A stretch of 37,860 nucleotides of DNA from contig JAVECO010000207.1 in the NCBI GenBank assembly GCA_051942205.1, forward strand, positions 1-37,860, read 5' to 3'. Shown here piece by piece: positions 9,078-20,801 of the stretch. Source of the DNA: Coniocarpon cinnabarinum (lineage: Eukaryota). Every line of letters begins with the position of its first letter. The stretch's first letter is position 1. Both the position numbers and the translations under genes were made by a program. The notes beneath the pieces are model-generated. The model worked only from the letters and a program-made list of their open reading frames with translations, ran no database searches and was not told the origin of the DNA.

Positions 9078-11591
9078 TTAACTGGCAACCCCCACGCCCA
9101 TGTTCATTCCCCTCCCTTCAAACGCGCCACCACTCCCACCGCCCAACGCAGGAGTGCCTAGGCCCACTAATCCTCCGCGACTGCCAACTAAACCACGCCG
9201 ATCACCTCCGACTCGCGACCGGCCCATCCAATTCAACTTCAATTCTCTTGACAATCTCTCCATCTTGCGTCCTGCATCGACTGCTTCTTCGACTTCTTTG
9301 TCCCGTTCTTTCTCACCCGTGCTCGCAACGACTAGCATTTTCGCTGTTCCTCGGAGACGTGAGAGGAGAGTGAAGCATTGGAGCATGCGGCCTGCAGTCT
9401 CTGTGATCTTGGCTGAGTCCAGGGGCAGAGGAGGAGCTTGTGGCAGAGGTGGATGGTTGGAATGCGTGCCCGCGCGTGAGCGGGGAGCGGAAGGAAAAGA
9501 CCCAGCAGAAGTATTCGAGGTGGCACGTGAGCGCGTGTCAAAACTGTCAGCATTGGATGAGGAAAGGAGCGTGGAGGACTGCGAGTTGTAGCTGCTAGGG
9601 TCTGCGAAGTTGCTAGGCAGGCCAGTGAGACCGAGACCGGCAGTCGTAGCCGCCGAAGCGGAGGAAGAAGTGCCCGGCCGAGCAAGAGAGTTGGGTTCGT
9701 GGAAATTGACGGTCGAATGGGCGAGCGAATCGATGGACAAGCGTGAGAAGATCGTGAGCAGCGTTTCAAGGCGGGGCAGGATGACGACGTCGCGGAAGTG
9801 TAAAAGGGTCAACGTACGGATATCGAGGCTGGGAAATGCTTTTGGGTCGAACGATGAGTGGGTCACAGAGGTCCAGAAATCGGCAGCTGCTTGGGGGGCA
9901 AGCATGGTGCCATGCCCCTTGAACTCGAGATCGAGAGGGAGCAGCGCCGCTTGAAGAAATGGGAGGACCGTGCAGAACACAAAGGTCCACGTCTCTACGA
10001 TCGATGCGACCAGGTGATCGTCTGGAACTGTTCGCAGCGTCTGATCCAGTGCAGTGAAACCGGTGAAGAGCAATTCACGAAGATCCTCTAAAATGTTGAT
10101 GGGTGCTCTTTTGGTTATGCAGCGCTGGACGTGCACGCTCACGAGCCGATTGAAATCCTCGACGGGGGTGCGTAAGTCCTCGCCCTCGAATATGTTGAGC
10201 AGGCGCGCTTTCAGCAAGTGCCACGCGTCGTCGGCCGACATTCCCTGCAGTCCGAAGCCACTCAGACCCTGATTGGGAATCCCGAGCTCGGACGTGTGCC
10301 CATAGGCGGACGTATTCGAAGGAGGGCCAAAGTACGCTTTGGCTTCATCAACAGTGCCCGGCACGTCACGACTCGGATCAAAACCGGTGGATGTACCGGG
10401 ACGTGGAGTTGCCACAAAGGCAGGTGTCGCTGCAGCCTTCTCCTTCTCCTCTTTCTTCTTCTCGCGCAGCGCACGTCCGCCATGTCGCAGGTCAAGGCCG
10501 GAGATGGATTTGTTGACCAACCCCGGGGAAGACGGAGCGAAGGAATACAGAGGTTGGGGTGCGCTGGGATTGACGGGTTGGGAATTGCTGGAGGCGGAGG
10601 ATAATGCCAAAGCGTGGTGGTCGTCCTTGAGCTTCTGCTTCTGGCGCGAAAGGAAATTATGTTTATGCTTTTCTTTCTCCGCAGCTGCTCCTCGCTCTGC
10701 GGGTACAAGCGTTGAGGTGGATGCTGAAGCGTTAGAGAGGGAGTACAGTGATGACGCAGGCGTTGGTTCAGCAAGAGACGTAGTTGAACCATTGAACAAG
10801 GGCCGATTACCAGACCCGTAGGGGCCGACAGTCTTGATCGTGCTCCTGTCAACATCGCGATCTTTAGTAATGTGAATCCTGTTAGGCTTCGAGAACAGCT
10901 TCCGCTTAGTCTTTTCCTTGCTTGCCTTGGTATCCTTCTCATTGACCGGCGACTGGATATATCCTTCCACGTGCTGACCAGGCGGAGGTGTCGTCACCGG
11001 ACTTCGCGGGAAGGCCGCATTCGCCGCCGCAGTACTCTCGCTTCGCGGACCTGCTGAGCGATTAGATGCTGCTGAACTTGTGCCGGAAGACACATTGGTT
11101 TGGATAGGAGGTGGCAGTGGTGGATTGCTCGTCTTCCTCAGCGGTGTCTGCTGACGAGAGGTCTGCTCAATATCCGTTTTCGAACGTCGTCGATCATGCC
11201 CATGCGGTTTGGGGAAATGCATAGCCGCCTGTGCAGCAATGGCGCTCGCGTTAAGGATGCTTCCACCGCTGCCCGCATGGCTAGGAAGGCTCGGCTCGAA
11301 GAAGCCTTGACTGTGTTGTCGAGGACGGCCGTCATGTCTGATCGGGGGACTCATGTTAGGTTTGGGGGGAATGGGCGGCGGCGGGTGGTTTCTGTACACG
11401 CTGGACAGAGAGGAAGTGCTTTGCGTTGCTGCGAGGCTGTGCGCGTAGGATGGCTTTGGCGTTGGAGAGAAAGAAGTTGCTGGCGGCTCCTCCGAGTCAT
11501 TGCTGTTCACGGACGTCTTTCGAGGCGGAAGCGAAGGCGCTCGATTGTGGTCAGCGCCCCGCTGGCGTGATGGCGCGGATCGCTGGGCCAT
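9078..11591 (-). CDS. HbrB-domain protein (Bit61/PRR5-like TORC2-associated subunit)
   Basis: Long intronless ORF, first ATG at 11591 (MAQRSAPSR). Conserved block DDAWHLLKARLLNIFEGEDLRTPVEDFNRLV...WTFVFCTVLPFLQAALLPLDLEFKG...FRDVVILPR...RMLQC and ELKLNWMGRSR are typical of Pezizomycotina HbrB proteins. Confidence 0.85.
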   Translation of the reverse strand: MAQRSAPSRQRGADHNRAPSLPPRKTSVNSNDSEEPPATSFSPTPKPSYAHSLAATQSTSSLSSVYRNHPPPPIPPKPNMSPPIRHDGRPRQHSQGFFEPSLPSHAGSGGSILNASAIAAQAAMHFPKPHGHDRRRSKTDIEQTSRQQTPLRKTSNPPLPPPIQTNVSSGTSSAASNRSAGPRSESTAAANAAFPRSPVTTPPPGQHVEGYIQSPVNEKDTKASKEKTKRKLFSKPNRIHITKDRDVDRSTIKTVGPYGSGNRPLFNGSTTSLAEPTPASSLYSLSNASASTSTLVPAERGAAAEKEKHKHNFLSRQKQKLKDDHHALALSSASSNSQPVNPSAPQPLYSFAPSSPGLVNKSISGLDLRHGGRALREKKKEEKEKAAATPAFVATPRPGTSTGFDPSRDVPGTVDEAKAYFGPPSNTSAYGHTSELGIPNQGLSGFGLQGMSADDAWHLLKARLLNIFEGEDLRTPVEDFNRLVSVHVQRCITKRAPINILEDLRELLFTGFTALDQTLRTVPDDHLVASIVETWTFVFCTVLPFLQAALLPLDLEFKGHGTMLAPQAAADFWTSVTHSSFDPKAFPSLDIRTLTLLHFRDVVILPRLETLLTIFSRLSIDSLAHSTVNFHEPNSLARPGTSSSASAATTAGLGLTGLPSNFADPSSYNSQSSTLLSSSNADSFDTRSRATSNTSAGSFPSAPRSRAGTHSNHPPLPQAPPLPLDSAKITETAGRMLQCFTLLSRLRGTAKMLVVASTGEKERDKEVEEAVDAGRKMERLSRELKLNWMGRSRVGGDRRGLVGSRGGLVGLGTPALGGGSGGAFEGRGMNMGVGVAS

Positions 11592-11829
11592 GGCTGACTG
11601 ACGCAAACAGCGCCAAGCGCAGGAGGCTCATTCAGTTTGCAATACTGCGAGGACCACGCTGCTTGGTATTATGGTAAGATAGAAGCACCGCTGACGAAGA
11701 ATGCCGGGTAAAACATGCGACGACGAAGCAGCTACGGCCAGACGTGCTCTCCCAAGTACCTAGTACGTTGTAGGTATGTAAGCTAGGGCACCAGACGCTC
11801 AGGGTCTAGTTTAGTTTGATTTGCATAGG

Positions 11830-11855
11830 GCGGCATCGCGGCATCGCGGCATCGC
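11830..11855. repeat. (GCGGCATC)3 short tandem repeat in the divergent HbrB/VMA3 intergenic region
   Basis: Three perfect 8-mer copies read directly. Confidence 0.85.
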
Positions 11856-12462
11856 TTGGATGCATTAAGCCCGCAGGATAGTACTTGCCGCACTGTAATC
11901 CAGCGTCTTATCACTGACAATGGGCGTGAACGTGCCTGAATAGTTCTTACCATACAGACTCGTCGCTTAGGCTGAGATCCGGCGAGAACTTTGGTTCGTG
12001 ATCGTTCCCTGCAGGGATTCACCTTTGGCACGTGACAGACAGCACTTGAAACCGAAGTTGGAGTGAATGTCTTCAAAGCCAGGATTGTGCTAGAAGTCAA
12101 CCAGTTTTCGCTTACTCATCGCGCAAGGGGATTTTCCGCAAATTTATAGATGGATTTCCTCCAATGCTCCCTTCACCATTGACTCTTCTGCTTTTGTGAA
12201 TGACGTTCAGAGTATGTATCTTCCTGTATTTGCTTCTGTTCGCCAAGAATCCACTGGGCAGGGTTGGCTGACTTAGGAAAAGCGCATCTGCGGCTTGGCA
12301 CGGCGGCTTGGATCGAGTTGTCTCATCAATAACGTACTCTACCTCTGTCTGCTCACTATCGACGCCAGCTTGACTCTTTGCTGTTCTATCACCATCTTCG
12401 TCACCACCTACCGTCTTCCTAAGGGGATTCGATTTGCGTCTGAGCACCTCTCCGCAGCCAAA

Positions 12463-13281
12463 ATGTCTTCAGATCTGTGGTACGTCTGTGATCCCCATCT
12501 GCAGCTTCGGACCTTTGCCAGCTGGACAATTTGTTTTTCACGCCCGGGCCCAGCGTCAGAAATGTATTGCATTGGCTGACATCTTTTCATCGCAGTCCCG
12601 TCTATGCCGTAAGTGACTCACCAGCAGTCTCAACAAGCCCTTGATCCTCCACAGTCTGGCGGCCACATCTTCGCCCCTTATCACCAGTCCAGTGTACAGT
12701 TCGTCTAACAACATTGCAAAAGCCTTTCTTCAGCGCGATGGGCTGTGCATCAGCCATCATCTTCACCTGCTTTGGCGCAGCCTACGGCACTGCGAAAGCT
12801 GGTGTCGGTATTTCAGCCATGGGTGTCCTTAGACCCGATCTAATTGTCAAGAGTACGCTCACGAATCCGCTTCTCCCGCGCTTCAAACCTCTAACATTTT
12901 TTCAGACATCATCCCAGTCATCATGGCCGGTATCATCGCCATTTACGGTCTCGTTGTCTCTGTGTTAATATCCAACGATCTTAAACAACAAACCGCGCTC
13001 TACACCGGGTTCATTCAACTCGGTGCTGGCTTGGCTGTAGGGCTCGCAGGTCTATCCGCGGGATTCGCAATTGGCATTGTCGGTGACGCTGGTGTGCGCG
13101 GTACAGCTCAACAGCCCCGGCTGTTTGTGGGAATGATTCTTATTCTCATTTTCGCGGAGGTCTTGGGTAAGTGAGCCAATTCGCTTTGAGACGATGCCCT
13201 GGCTGACGCAGCCTAGGTCTTTACGGTCTCATCGTTGCCCTCCTTATGAACTCCAGAAGTACGCCTGAGCAAGGCTGTTAG
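12463..13281 (+). CDS. VMA3: V-type H+-ATPase 16-kDa proteolipid subunit c (5 exons)
   Basis: Exons 12463-12479, 12596-12608, 12723-12852, 12906-13166 and 13217-13281 give [24 protein letters not shown]...[10 protein letters not shown]...[33 protein letters not shown]. All introns are GT-AG with branch sites. Confidence 0.97.
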
Positions 13282-13885
13282 GCTGGGTCGTGAAGTTTTG
13301 CTTCCACAGCATTCAACAGGCACCGCATGAGCCTTGATAGGATGTCAATGATCTATGACAGAAGAGGCCATCGACCCACTACAATGCCTTCATCCGGTCC
13401 CTCAGGATCGATTGCATGCAGGCGAATTCAGCATTTGGAGGGGTAGTGGGGAAGGCGTTTGGCGAAAGTATTCAAGAGTCTTGAAGTCGGACGGCGGAAG
13501 TCACATGTAGTTAAGTGCAAAGGTATTTCACGCGTCGCGTCTTCCGTATTCATGACTATGAGTTTACTACCTACCAAAAGTTTTGGGGTCGGGGGCTTGC
13601 CATCATCTCTGTCTCATTATTCAACAGGTCCGCTTGAGGTAAGGCCGATGTCAGCGCAATTTCGGCAAATATTGGGCGAGTGCAGGGACAAAGAAACATC
13701 GGTTGAGAATGTAGTGCTTGGTTTCGTTTGACTTGCAGCCTTCCAAGCTGAGGACACAAAAATTGACCAACAGTAGCCAAGTATGGTGCTCTATCATACG
13801 CTTGGAAGCCAAAAATCGCGGTATCTCTATTTTTCGAAGCAGCTCTTGTGACTGATGTAGGGTTGTGCGCGTCTCTTGAGGGTTT

Positions 13886-14631
13886 TCAAGTTGTGCCTCG
13901 CAATCGATGTGTTGTCTGCTCCACGGGTGATTTCTTCTGGGGATGATGGAGATCTGCTGCTGTGACGCCTGCCGATAGCTTTGTGATGCCCAAAACTGGG
14001 GGATCGCCTTTCTTAACGAACTCGTACAAGCCTTTGGAAAGTTAGCCAGTTTCTACACATGCATTGCGTAAGACTTACCAGGGAGCTTGTTTGCTGCTAA
14101 ACGGAGCGCGTCACGTATTATTTGCTCATGGCAGTCCCCACTCACTTCAAATACGATGCGGCTTACTGGCACCCTTGCTGCCCAGTGATTGAACTTGCCC
14201 TTTCCAGTGCCCATACGGCTTTCATTGCCCTTCATGTACACTGCCACGTCCGTATTCCAGCGCGTAAACAATCTGAAATTCATCCCTCGAAGTCGTCGCC
14301 GGATCACATCCTCACCATTTTTAAATTGATGTGCTGAGATGCGCCTGTCATGATCCTTCATCCGGAGACCATAGTCACCCCATATGACTGTAGTTCCACG
14401 CGTGCTTCCGCCTGTAGGCACTCGGGGCCGACCCTTTTGGTCTTTATAACGTTGGTCAAGCTTTGGAATGAGCCAATTATATGAGCCCGTTGAGGTACTG
14501 AACAATCGTTTGGAAAGTATTCGGTGTGACTGCTGGATCTGTTGAAGACATGCTGAGCAAGTCCTGGCTCTGGAGAATGGCCTTCGGCTCATGTACTGCC
14601 ACGGTAGCTGCGTTCGAAGACGGTCTGCCAT
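13886..14631 (-). CDS. MRPL16: Mitochondrial ribosomal protein uL16m (2 exons)
   Basis: KGRPRVPTGGSTRGTTVIWGDYGLRMKD...KGNESRMGTGKGKF...RDALRLAANKLPG. The intron at 14032-14078 joins to LYEFVKKGDPPVLGITKL. N-terminus looks like a presequence; the start codon is inferred. Confidence 0.93.
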
Positions 14632-14940
14632 GTTGAAGTCGAAAACCTCAGGATGTTCCCATGTGCTTGAATGTGACAATGAGACGGTCCTGCAGCGCTT
14701 GCGCAAATTGTGTTGGAACGTCATTGATGCCACGATATTTTGAAGCGACCTCGACGCGACTCAAGATTCATCTTCGCGACTAACACGCTTTAACGCGGCC
14801 ATCTTGACGTGACACACTACACGTATAGAAGCCCAAAGCAATTCCCTCAATTTACACCTTTTGCAAGCTGTGGAATCACTACCCGGCTCGATCCCTACTA
14901 CGTCATGTTTCTCTAGACCTCCTGTCACAACTTCAACAAC

Positions 14941-17900
14941 ATGCCATCAGACATTCGTAGTTTCTTCGGGGGGAAAGCCTCAGATCAGCCCACTTCTCAG
15001 GAAGCGAACTCGCCCAGAAAAGAGTCGCGGAAGCGAGGTCGACCTCGCAAAATTATCGACGATGAAGATGAAGTGGACGTACGATCAACAAATACACCCA
15101 CCCCCAAAAGGACAAAAGCTACACAGCGCGAATCGATACCCGACGGTGAAGAAACAACAGCCGCAGAATACTTTCGATCAAGCAAGAAGGAAGGAACTAC
15201 TAAAGGGGACTCGAAACCTATCAAGGGCGGTACCACTCCAAAAGTAGAATCAACAACAAAAGTGTCTCCTGCGAAGTCTACTGAGCCTGGCTCAGCTTCA
15301 AGGGGACGAGGCTCCATGCGGATCAGGAAGACCGTGGACTACAATGAGCATCAACCCGACCATGACAGTGATTCTGCACGGGCGGACCCAGGTGGCCCTG
15401 GAGAAGAAGAGAGTGCTGATGATATCTTTGCGGCTGATTACAAGAATGGCGGGAAGGGCGGCGATGAATACAAGGAGGAGGACGATATGGCAGAGGTTGC
15501 TGGCTCACCGGAATCTTTGCCTGAACGCACGAAAAAAGATATTCCTAAGCCTGGGCGCAAGCGCAAGTCTAAAGCCAAAGACGACGAGGATGAAGAAAAG
15601 TCCAAACAGTCCAAAGTACCTCGCAGGTCGAAAGCAAAAGGAGAATCAACTGAACACGCATCTGTACAAGCTGTTTTCGATAAAATTCCGACAGTCCGAC
15701 CCCCAACGCCTCCACCGAAAGACGCGTCTGGCAAGCAGAAGTTTCAATTTGGTGGCCAGCATGCTAATTCTGGCCCAGCCCCAGAGGCTGGCTCTAAGGA
15801 AATTCCGACGGGTGCAGAGAATTGTTTAGTAGGAATGTCGTTTGTTTTCACAGGCTTATTGCAATCCTTAGGTCGAGAGGAAGGTCAAGAGTTAGTCAAA
15901 CGTTACGGCGGGCGCATTGTCGGTGCTCCCAGCAAGAAGACCACTTATGTAGTCCTCGGAAATGACGCTGGACCCAGTAAATTGGAAAAGATCAAGGATA
16001 TCGGTATCAAAACAATTAATGAAGATGGGCTGTTCGAGCTTATCCGCAGAATGCCAGCTCATGGTGGAGAAGGGAAAGCCGGTGCGGATTACAAAGCGAA
16101 ACAAGAAAAGGAGGACGCCAAAGTGCATGAGGCCGTAGCCGAAGCTGAACGTGAAGAGGCTCAAAAAGTCAAAGCGCAACACCTATCGTCAGAAGCACAC
16201 GATCGCCTTGGTGGTGCTCGTGCAAATGAGAGGGCACCTGCAACGGGACCCGATCTACGCTTGTGGACAGTCAAATATGCTCCAACCCAAATGAGCCAAA
16301 TTTGTGGCAACAAAGGTCTGGTGGAAAAACTGCAGAGATGGCTGAAAGATTTCTCCAAGAATCAAAGAAAAGGTTTCAAAGTAGGAGGTCCGGACGGCAG
16401 TGGGGTATACCGCGCTGTGATGCTCCATGGACCACCAGGCATAGGAAAAACTACAGCGGCGCATCTCGTTGCGAAGCTGGAAGGCTACGACATTGTTGAA
16501 TCTAATGCATCAGATACGCGATCAAAGAAGCTAGTTGAAGCTGGTCTTAAGGGTGTCCTATCGACGACCTCCTTGATGGGCTTCTTTGCCGGTGATGGCG
16601 CGGAGGTTGAGGCCTCTCGCCGCAAACTCGTATTGATCATGGACGAGGTGGACGGAATGTCCGCCGGAGATCGTGGTGGCGTGGGCGCACTTGCGTCTGT
16701 CTGCAAAAAGTCTCAGATCCCAATGATTCTCATTTGTAATGAGCGTCGACAGCCGAAGATGAAACCTTTCGACCATGTCACTTACGACTTGCCTTTCCGC
16801 CGTCCCACGGCTGACCAAATTCGTGCTCGTATCATGACTATCGCCTACCGCGAAAAAATGAAGTTCCCAGGTCAGGTGGTTGATGCGCTTGTGGCAGGCT
16901 CAAGAGCAGATATCAGGCAGGTGGTCAATATGGTGTCTCAGGCAAAGCTCGATGCCGAGGCCGAAGCTGAACTCACAGGGGAACCCATTGGCCAGGTCCT
17001 AGACTACGAGAAAAGTAAATCGATGAGTCGCGCATGGGAGAAGAATGCAGCACTGAAACCCTGGGATATTCTGGCTAAAATCATGGGGCCCGAGATGTGG
17101 GTACCCTCAAACAAATTGTCGCTAAACCAAAAGGCCGAGCTTTACTTCGCGGATCACGACATTGCTCCGCTCATGCTCCAGGAGAACTATCTTGGAAGTC
17201 AGAATCCCCTTCGAGCCCAGGATGCTCGATCGCCACAAGAGAGCACCTACAAAAAAATGACCCTAATGAGCCAGGCTGCTGACTCGTTCTCAGAGGGAGA
17301 TTTATGTGAGCGCATGATCCGAGGTGGTGAGCAACATTGGACGTTGATGCCCACGCATGCCATCCTTAGTTTCGTGCGACCCGCTTCATTCGTCGCAGGT
17401 TCTCTGGCAGGCGGGCAGAGCGGCTTTCCATCCTACTTGGGAAAGCTGAGCACGACTGGCCGCCTGTCACGTCAAGTAAAAGAGGTCCAAGGCCACATGC
17501 GACTACGTGCTAACACAGAGAAGGACGAGCTCCGCATGCAGTACTTACCACTTCTCTGGTCTCGTCTTGTGAAGCGTCTTGATGTGGAAGGAAAGGATGC
17601 GCTCGACGACATCATTGCCATGATGGATTACTATTACTTGACCAAGGAGGACTGGGACAGTATTGCTGAGCTAGGAGTCGACTACATGGAACAGGATAAA
17701 GTCAAGCTCGAAACGTCCACCAAAGCAGCGTTCACGCGTATGTACAATCAAGCAAGTCATCCTATGCCGTTCATTAAAGCCACGCAAGTCCAGCAGCCAA
17801 AGAAGCTTCCAAAGGAAAAGCCCGACGTGGAAGAAGCTATCGAAGAAAGTGAAGAGGAGGTGTTCGAAGACGAGGAGGCGGGCAAGGATGATGACGAGCA

Positions 17901-18066
17901 AGGCACCTTAGAGGATCAGTTGGGGAAGGACAAGTATATCAAGAAGCCAAAAGCTAAGAAGGCCACTAATAAGGGAAAGAAGGCTGTCGGGACCGAGACA
18001 GATCACAATAATGCTCCTGATGAGCCGCCTAAGAAGGGTAAGGGGAAAGGCAAAGCACGGAAATAA
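14941..18066 (+). CDS. RFC1: Replication factor C large subunit (BRCT + AAA+ clamp loader)
   Basis: 1041-aa ORF with BRCT (NCLVGMSFVFTGLL...PSKKTTYVVLGNDAGPSK), Walker A GPPGIGKT, ESNASDTRSK, MDEVDGMSAGDRGG and KAAFTRMYN. Confidence 0.97.
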   Translation: MPSDIRSFFGGKASDQPTSQEANSPRKESRKRGRPRKIIDDEDEVDVRSTNTPTPKRTKATQRESIPDGEETTAAEYFRSSKKEGTTKGDSKPIKGGTTPKVESTTKVSPAKSTEPGSASRGRGSMRIRKTVDYNEHQPDHDSDSARADPGGPGEEESADDIFAADYKNGGKGGDEYKEEDDMAEVAGSPESLPERTKKDIPKPGRKRKSKAKDDEDEEKSKQSKVPRRSKAKGESTEHASVQAVFDKIPTVRPPTPPPKDASGKQKFQFGGQHANSGPAPEAGSKEIPTGAENCLVGMSFVFTGLLQSLGREEGQELVKRYGGRIVGAPSKKTTYVVLGNDAGPSKLEKIKDIGIKTINEDGLFELIRRMPAHGGEGKAGADYKAKQEKEDAKVHEAVAEAEREEAQKVKAQHLSSEAHDRLGGARANERAPATGPDLRLWTVKYAPTQMSQICGNKGLVEKLQRWLKDFSKNQRKGFKVGGPDGSGVYRAVMLHGPPGIGKTTAAHLVAKLEGYDIVESNASDTRSKKLVEAGLKGVLSTTSLMGFFAGDGAEVEASRRKLVLIMDEVDGMSAGDRGGVGALASVCKKSQIPMILICNERRQPKMKPFDHVTYDLPFRRPTADQIRARIMTIAYREKMKFPGQVVDALVAGSRADIRQVVNMVSQAKLDAEAEAELTGEPIGQVLDYEKSKSMSRAWEKNAALKPWDILAKIMGPEMWVPSNKLSLNQKAELYFADHDIAPLMLQENYLGSQNPLRAQDARSPQESTYKKMTLMSQAADSFSEGDLCERMIRGGEQHWTLMPTHAILSFVRPASFVAGSLAGGQSGFPSYLGKLSTTGRLSRQVKEVQGHMRLRANTEKDELRMQYLPLLWSRLVKRLDVEGKDALDDIIAMMDYYYLTKEDWDSIAELGVDYMEQDKVKLETSTKAAFTRMYNQASHPMPFIKATQVQQPKKLPKEKPDVEEAIEESEEEVFEDEEAGKDDDEQGTLEDQLGKDKYIKKPKAKKATNKGKKAVGTETDHNNAPDEPPKKGKGKGKARK

Positions 18067-18771
18067 CGCCAATCGTGCGCAGCTCATGCCTCGTTGCGAA
18101 TCACTGTAAAACAGCGTGTCATTCGAAAGTGAAAGAGCGTAATTACATAGAGAAACCCTGCATCAGCTGCCAAGCACTTGTAATGCGAAAGCATTTCCCT
18201 ACATCCCTCCAAGTCATTTCCCTGAAGGTCATACACTCGAAGGTCTTGCAGCTGATAAGGAGCAGCAGGTTAAATCAATGGAGATTATTCTTAGTAGGGT
18301 AGTAGGATTAGAAGAATGCTCTTCTGATCGATGTCGGAGCATTCGGAGCGTTCACAAGGCAATTAGCATTACTCCCTCTGCAGAGCGACAGCACCGAATA
18401 CTAAGCACTGACCAGGTTGACGCATTACCGAGTACACCGTCTGCAGTCCCTTTGAATCATCAACGCTTGTATCGACGAGATTCTGTTCTGCCCATCCAGC
18501 TTTGGTCCTTGCAGTCTTCGCTACGACCGAAGCCCCTGACAAAAGTATATTGCTTTGACTATCAACGCTGCACATTAATATTGATCCAGACCTAGTAGTA
18601 TCCTCATGCACGTCGAAATTATGCAATAGGCATGGGCTCTTGTCCCATGACGCAGAGCCCATGTTTTCAAGAATGACCGTCTCCCGCTTGCTGGTCATTC
18701 GGTCAATTCGTAGCTGATGCTTTGCTGTTACATTACCCGCCTTTGCCATGCTCGTCCACATACATTCCTCT

Positions 18772-20328
18772 TCATACCTTGCCGTTCGTCACTGGATCTT
18801 CATTCAATTCACAGAAGGCTTTGAAGGTCGTAAAAGTAATGTCGCTTTCTGTCTCGCTTTCCAAAACGCACTCCGCAGATGCACCTACGAAATATACGAA
18901 TCCTTCCTTTACGTTCTCTTTCTTGGCACCTACAGCAATTGTCCCTCGACCTCGTGTACAAATGATGATGCTTGGACCATCTAGCGGTTCGAATGTAGCC
19001 TTGGCCCCTTCTCGATGGAGATCTGTCTTGACGACAGCGAACTCACTGATTGGTGGGTCATACAAGACACTGCTAGAGTTCGACTGAAAAGCGACGGTGT
19101 TCAATTTGACGAAAGTGTAATCTTCAGGATTCATTTTTTGCTCCTCGATCGGAGCATACGAATATGTGAGCATGCTGGTCAGAGTGTCGATGTCTTTGAA
19201 TTTTGGAGTGAATCCAGCTCGACACACCTTTTGATCGGACTTTAGCAAGCATTTTGGCACCAGTCCTTGGCTTAAAACAGGGACTTACGTTGTCGGACGA
19301 CGCCATGCATTCGATAATATCGCCTGAGGACGTTGGTCAATAAGTTCAGCCCCCTTGCTACATTAGCAAAAGGCGTTCAAAGCTCACCAGAGAGATACGC
19401 GTGAATATCGTCAGCACGCAGGAAGAGCGCTTCGCCGACATCAAGTTGTAGGTAATTCAAGAAGAAGAGAACGAAAAGTCCAATGTCCGCAGGAAATTGG
19501 CCATGTAATCTGAGTACAAGTCTGCCCAGCTCAGCACCAGACGTTGGAGAGGAGTTATCGCCGCCGGCAAACATGGTTCCATCTGACTGTGCAGCCGACA
19601 CGAGTGCGTCAGCGGCGGCTGGCAATTTACTCGAAGCCGATGTTGCATGTGACATGAGTGAGGCGAAAGCGACTCTCAGAACTTGCTTGTTTCTGTGCAT
19701 TTGTGCAGGGTCAGTGGTTTTGTCGTGCTCTTTGACTGTGGCTATGAATTCATCTGACACATCATCTCCAACCAACAGTCGTAGTGGGTGGACGTGCTGG
19801 AGAAAGTGGGAAATTTGGTCAAGAGGACGAAAGCCGCATAGGCCCTCAAAAGGAGTAATTGCAATCGTCATCTCTGGCTTATGGTTATCATCTGGATAGT
19901 TCTTGGGGTCCCGGGCATGAAGTTGCTCGGCGAGTGTTTTGTTGGGATGAGCTTGGATGCTGAGTGCTTTTGCAATGGAGAGCACTTTGAACAAGAAAGG
20001 GAGTTTATGATCATAGCGCTGGGCAATCTCAGGCGTCATTAAAGCCTGATTGTCCCTGACAAGGTCAAGCAAGGTGCGTTGGGTCTCGAGATCCCTCGAG
20101 GGCAGTGAGGGGTGGGTGCCCATCCATAATTCGGCGTAGGCTTTACTGTCGTCGATCTCGAAGCCCGTCGCAGCGGCATATGTGGCAGCGGCGGACGTCC
20201 GACCTGGTTTGCCCCACTCATAGCTGTTGCACCCTGTGCAGCACGCTTAGCGGGTATCACACCAGGACGAAGAGAGGCCAGCGGGCCGACATACCGCACT
20301 GCAGCCGCATGAGAGGAACGGCCGGCAT
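18772..20328 (-). CDS. PMI40: Mannose-6-phosphate isomerase, type I (4 exons)
   Basis: [90 protein letters not shown]. Three GT-AG introns. Confidence 0.96.
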
Positions 20329-20801
20329 CTCGTTGGTAGAGGATCCCAGAATTGTGGATGTGCAGTAGGGCAAGAGAGCGAGCGACAGGTGGCGATTACG
20401 AGCACCTGCCGTCCGTCTGTGGCTCGCTTCAGGCTCTTTTGGCTCGTGCGCAGATTCTCGTACTGGCATGCTGATATTGAGGTTTTCTCCCACACTCCTC
20501 GGTACCGGCATTTGCCGTTCAGAAGCTTCGGTACGCTAATCGTTAGTGTCGCCCCAAACGCTGCGCCAGACGGGCATACAACCAGGCCACTATATAGCCG
20601 ACCTTCCCGAAGTAGGTTCCTTGCTACTGGTACTGCCACGCCAGCCTCGACTCTACCTAGACACCATCATGCAGTGGTCAACATGAATCGGAGCTCTAAG
20701 TGTGTGGACGCACATCCACGCACGCGAGTCGTGAACTCCGGACGTATCTGAGCTTGTCCATCTGCATCCGTCGTGGCGGCTGCAGAATCTCCAAGACCGC
20801 A

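Noticed and set aside
9100..11677. Multiple 100-220 aa ORFs antisense or out of frame to the HbrB gene (similar ones over ATG13, RFC1, PMI and GT8)
   Set aside because: Shadow ORFs expected in GC-rich coding DNA; no recognisable domains.
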